A stretch of DNA of 64,000 nucleotides from an uncultured candidate division Zixibacteria bacterium. Lineage in GTDB: Bacteria > Zixibacteria > MSB-5A5 > GN15 > FEB-12. The DNA lies in NCBI GenBank assembly GCA_963806185.1, contig CAWDXE010000007.1, positions 896,001 through 960,000 on the forward strand, read 5' to 3'. Under the pieces are notes generated by a model. It worked only from the letters and a program-made list of their open reading frames with translations. It had not been told where the DNA came from and made no database searches. Position 1 is the first letter of the stretch. Every line of letters starts with the position of its first letter. The position numbers and the translations under genes are program-made. Below are positions 60,476 to 64,000 of the stretch, piece by piece.

Positions 60476-61777
60476 ATGAATCGCCACATACCTCATATCG
60501 CGATTGGCCTTCTCATCTGCGCCCTCGGCGGCTCGCCAAGAGCGCAATCGCCGACGATTGATCCGGTCGCGCTGGACAAGGCCATTGCGAACAGCTACAA
60601 GATGATTGACGCGCACCCGAAGGATCAGAAGCCGTGGCAGGATCTCGGCCTAGCCATGTATCAGAAGGGTGATTTGTCGGGAGCCGAGGAATCGTTGAAG
60701 CGAGCGTTGCAGCTCAAGCCGGATGACCCCAAGACACATCTCTACATGGGCATGGTGCTGGAGAAGCAAAACCAGTCGGACAACGCGCTGAAGGCGTATG
60801 CAGCCGGTCTCCGGAGCAACCCAAAAGGCAAGACCGGTTCAGCGATACGGGCACGCCTGTCGTTTTTGAGCGAACAACGGCTCAAGGCGCAGGCGAGCGA
60901 CGTCGTTCAGAAGGAGAAATCAATTAACGTAGAGTCGTTTCCAGAGAAATCAATCGCCGTTGTGAATTTCGACGGCTCGACTCTCCCCCCTGACCTGGCG
61001 CCGCTCAGCCTGGGGCTGGCGGAAATGACTTCGAATGACCTCAGCAAGGTGCATGAATTGACGGTGATAGAACGATCGAAGCTCGATTTCATCATGCAGG
61101 AACTGAAGCTGTCGGAAAATGGCATGGTCGATCAGGCAACGGCTCCGAGAATGGGCAAGCTGCTTGGCTCGAAGCAGGTCGTGACCGGATCGCTGGTGGG
61201 AGCCGGTCCTGAGCGAATCCACCTGGACGGCGGCATCGTATCGACTGGTGACGGCGAATTCACGCCGACCGGGGCCAATGAAGGCGAGCTCAAATCGTTT
61301 TTCAAGGTACAGAAGGAATTCGTGTTTGGCGTGCTGGATAAGGCCGGCGTGAAGCCGACGCCGGAGGAGCGCACCGAAATTGAAAAGGTTCCTACTGAAT
61401 CGTATGTTGCATTCCTGGCATACAGCCGGGGTCTGGATTTCCAGCGTCGCGGCATGCCGAATGAGGCGCTGGGTGCGTTTCAGAGCGCCGTTAAGGCGGA
61501 CGGATCTTTCAAGGAAGCAGCATCACAGTCAGACATGCTGGGTGCTCGACTGGCGCCGGGAAATGCGTACGCATCGGACTTCGGTTCCTTTGAGGAGCAG
61601 ATACTGGATGATGCATCGTCGACGGGCAAACTAGGCGATGTGGATTATCGCCTCTTTGAGATCGTCATAGATAACGGGATGATTCCACACAATACTCCGG
61701 TTCCACCGATCAAGCCGCCGTTTGTGGCGGGTAAGACGACGGTCATTGTTCACGGGGGCGCACATGGAGACAAATAA
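60476..61777 (+). CDS. Exported TPR + CsgG/FlgO-like protein (paralogue of the upstream gene)
   Basis: Signal peptide; TPRs (LGLAMYQKGD..A...LKRALQLKP); IAVVNFD..VIERSKLDFIMQEL..VDQATAPRMGKLLGSKQVVTGS. Confidence 0.75.
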   Translation: MNRHIPHIAIGLLICALGGSPRAQSPTIDPVALDKAIANSYKMIDAHPKDQKPWQDLGLAMYQKGDLSGAEESLKRALQLKPDDPKTHLYMGMVLEKQNQSDNALKAYAAGLRSNPKGKTGSAIRARLSFLSEQRLKAQASDVVQKEKSINVESFPEKSIAVVNFDGSTLPPDLAPLSLGLAEMTSNDLSKVHELTVIERSKLDFIMQELKLSENGMVDQATAPRMGKLLGSKQVVTGSLVGAGPERIHLDGGIVSTGDGEFTPTGANEGELKSFFKVQKEFVFGVLDKAGVKPTPEERTEIEKVPTESYVAFLAYSRGLDFQRRGMPNEALGAFQSAVKADGSFKEAASQSDMLGARLAPGNAYASDFGSFEEQILDDASSTGKLGDVDYRLFEIVIDNGMIPHNTPVPPIKPPFVAGKTTVIVHGGAHGDK

Positions 61778-61778
61778 G

Positions 61779-62885
61779 ATGCGTACCCTTTTGGCGGCGG
61801 CAGTCCTGGTGCTCGGAACGGTCGTAAGCTCACAAGCACAAATAGTCTATGGGCAGCCCGCCTCGGGATCTTTGTCGTTTACCTATACGCATTGGTCGCT
61901 GGAGAGCGGCGACGCCAAGACGACGATCGGACAGGTTTCGTTGCCAGTGAGTGGGTTTCTTCCGCTCGGCGAAAATATGGACGCGCAATTCTATTTGGGC
62001 GGGACGTCCAACTCACTCAAAACCGACGTCAACGACTATTCGATGTCGGGGCTGGAGGATCTGCGACTGCAGATCAATCGCTCTCTGTCCAATGACCATC
62101 TTCTGTTGAGTCTGGGCGCGAGTCTTCCGACGGGTAAGAAGGAATTGAATCTTACCGAGGAGTGGCGGCTGGTGCAGGCGCTGTCGCAGGATTTTCTCAA
62201 CTTTCCCGTTCGTCGGCTGGGCGAAGGTCTGGGGCTGAATTTCCTGGTGGGCGGTGTGACCATGCTCGGGCAGATAAGAGCGGGTGCAGGGATTGGATAT
62301 TCCCTGCTGGGAAGTTACACGCCGTATGAAGGGGGGGACGACTACAATCCGGGCGACATACTAACGGCAAATCTCGGCTTTGACACCAAACGGGAGAACA
62401 CTCGCTGGGCTCTGCAGATGCTTCACACGTACTATGCCACCGACAAGTTCAAGGAGCTTAAGTCGTTTCGGCAGGGGCCGGTGACGCAATTCATTTTGTC
62501 GGGCGAGCGGATGTCGGACCGTTTCTCGGTAGGCGGCCAAGCGTCATATATTCTACGCGGACGGAATCAGCGGTACGCCTATCCGGCGGAGACGCTGGTT
62601 GATCAATTGAAGCTGTTCGGCAACGAGTTTTCGCTCGGGGCGAACTGCGGGTTCACCACCGGTCCGCAATGGACGATTGCGCCGTTTGCGTCGGCGCGGT
62701 TCATTCAGGCCAATGAGGAGACGCTCGACAATTCGCATATATATGGAATCGGTTCGGGGATTGTCCGAGCAATCGGTCAGGGGAATATTGAAGCACGCTT
62801 TGGATGGTACACCGGGCAGGCAGACGGCGGCACGATTGATCTGTCCGGAATTCAAGTGTCCTGCGGTGCACGCGTAACGTTTTAG
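61779..62885 (+). CDS. Outer-membrane beta-barrel protein of unknown function
   Basis: Signal peptide (SQA/Q), amphipathic strands, SLPTG motif and C-terminal Phe (GARVTF). Confidence 0.7.
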   Translation: MRTLLAAAVLVLGTVVSSQAQIVYGQPASGSLSFTYTHWSLESGDAKTTIGQVSLPVSGFLPLGENMDAQFYLGGTSNSLKTDVNDYSMSGLEDLRLQINRSLSNDHLLLSLGASLPTGKKELNLTEEWRLVQALSQDFLNFPVRRLGEGLGLNFLVGGVTMLGQIRAGAGIGYSLLGSYTPYEGGDDYNPGDILTANLGFDTKRENTRWALQMLHTYYATDKFKELKSFRQGPVTQFILSGERMSDRFSVGGQASYILRGRNQRYAYPAETLVDQLKLFGNEFSLGANCGFTTGPQWTIAPFASARFIQANEETLDNSHIYGIGSGIVRAIGQGNIEARFGWYTGQADGGTIDLSGIQVSCGARVTF

Positions 62886-62894
62886 GGGAATGAC

Positions 62895-63752
62895 ATGGTA
62901 AAATACAATGTTCTCTATATCGCGGTGACAGTGGTACTGGCGGGACTGGCGATGTTCGGTTGTTCGGAGCGGATTGTCGACCAGGGGAGTTCTCTCAACA
63001 GTGCTGTGGTGCGAATTGACGCACCGGCGGCGCTGTCGACCGGGATTGCACCGTACGCTCATATCAGGATCAGCGGCCCGGACATGCCGTCGATGCTTGT
63101 GCCGTTGTCGCTCGACAGTGTGACCAATCGGTGGAGCGGCGAGCTCTCGGTGCCGTCAGGCATCGATCGCGAGTTCGTGCTTGAGGCAATTGACACGATG
63201 TACGGCGAAGGATCGTTTCCGGACAGCGAAATTGTACTTTATCGGGCGTCCGACACGGCCGACCTGATCGCCAATCAAACGGTCACGATTGATTTCACCC
63301 TCTTCCCTACTGTGCCATTGCTGACAACTACGCCGTCCGAGGTAAGATGCGCTATCGGAGATACCTTCTCGGTGATCCTGGCGCTGTATCACGGTCCGCA
63401 CAACTTGTACGGGATGGCTTGCCAGGTCTATTACCCGACGACATTTGTTATTGCCGATAGTGTGCAATTTTTCTCGGCGGCGGCCGATAGCATCATCGAG
63501 TTCGCGTCCGTAGACAGGGCGAACCCATATGTCTCAATTTCGGTTACGGAAACGAATACGACACAAACGCTCTGGCCCGGAACCAGCTATGCGAAGGTGG
63601 CGAAGATATTCTTCCGCACTACCGTGGGTAATGCAGGCAGCGGGTTGATCTGGGTGTCGAGTACTTCGATGCAGGACGCCAACCAGCAGTCGATCTATCC
63701 GAGTAATTTTTATACGGGATACACCAACGTGTTCACCACGGCCGCGCAGTAA
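62895..63752 (+). CDS. Lipoprotein with beta-sandwich (Ig/cohesin-like) domains
   Basis: Lipobox AMFGC; beta-rich sequence; GDTFSV and G.S.AKVAKIFFR patterns resemble cohesin-like domains. Confidence 0.6.
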   Translation: MVKYNVLYIAVTVVLAGLAMFGCSERIVDQGSSLNSAVVRIDAPAALSTGIAPYAHIRISGPDMPSMLVPLSLDSVTNRWSGELSVPSGIDREFVLEAIDTMYGEGSFPDSEIVLYRASDTADLIANQTVTIDFTLFPTVPLLTTTPSEVRCAIGDTFSVILALYHGPHNLYGMACQVYYPTTFVIADSVQFFSAAADSIIEFASVDRANPYVSISVTETNTTQTLWPGTSYAKVAKIFFRTTVGNAGSGLIWVSSTSMQDANQQSIYPSNFYTGYTNVFTTAAQ

Positions 63753-63771
63753 TGCCGGCCGTGGCGATCAC

Positions 63772-63999
63772 TTACTTCAGCAAGAGCATGCTTCGAGATT
63801 CGTGCACGTCTCCCGCTTCAAAGCGGTAGAAATAGATGCCGCTGGCGACGGCGGCTCCAAATTGGTCGCGCCCATCCCACTCCACTTCAGCACTGCCGGC
63901 CGGGCGGAATTCATCAACCAGTACCCGTACATTCTGCCCCAGTACGTTGAACAAAATCAAGCGAACGTGCGCCGGGGCGGCAAGCTGGAAGGCGATGGT
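63772..63999 (-). CDS. 3' end of a secreted protein with a FlgD-Ig/T9SS-type-A-like C-terminal domain (partial)
   Basis: TIAFQL....VRL.LFNVLGQ.VR.LVD....G...V.WDG.D..G..VASGIYFYR........MLLLK*. Confidence 0.85.
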   Translation of the reverse strand, partial: TIAFQLAAPAHVRLILFNVLGQNVRVLVDEFRPAGSAEVEWDGRDQFGAAVASGIYFYRFEAGDVHESRSMLLLK

Positions 64000-64000
64000 G

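Noticed and set aside
59405..61777. Curli (csg) secretion operon
   Set aside because: No curlin-repeat, CsgE or CsgF genes; the proteins lack a lipobox and the CsgG pore hairpins.

Overview
GC-rich bacterial chromosome segment, almost entirely housekeeping genes. The gene content (BamD, LolA, LptD, a FlgD-Ig/T9SS-like C-terminal domain) indicates a diderm bacterium, by inference from the FCB group (Zixibacteria-like). Plus strand 1-11454: infB-rbfA-DHH-truB-ribF-rpsO-pnp-M16 peptidase-deacetylase-leuS. Minus strand 11655-57715: a peptidoglycan-recycling cluster, aminotransferase, transketolase, coaE, polA-nadD-bamD-SLT-rimO-lolA-ftsK, lptD, AlaX, M1 peptidase, FAH, HDAC, MATE, and a roughly 16 kb aromatic amino-acid block (dapF-like-trpEGD-MFS-trpCFBA-argS-aroF/A/E/K/B/Q). 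Plus strand 57882-63752: Ser/Thr kinase, two TPR/CsgG-like paralogues, an outer-membrane barrel and a lipoprotein. Main discoveries: (1) a complete Trp attenuator missing from the ORF track, with a promoter, a 42-43 aa transmembrane-like leader peptide carrying W-x-x-W-x-W, an antiterminator and a terminator; (2) the first gene behind it is a DapF homologue with both catalytic Cys replaced by Ser; (3) an uncharacterised kinase-linked envelope module; (4) REP-like hairpin clusters and apparently leaderless promoters. Frameshifts in infB, pnp and argS look like sequencing indels. No tRNA, rRNA, CRISPR array, transposase or prophage was recognised.
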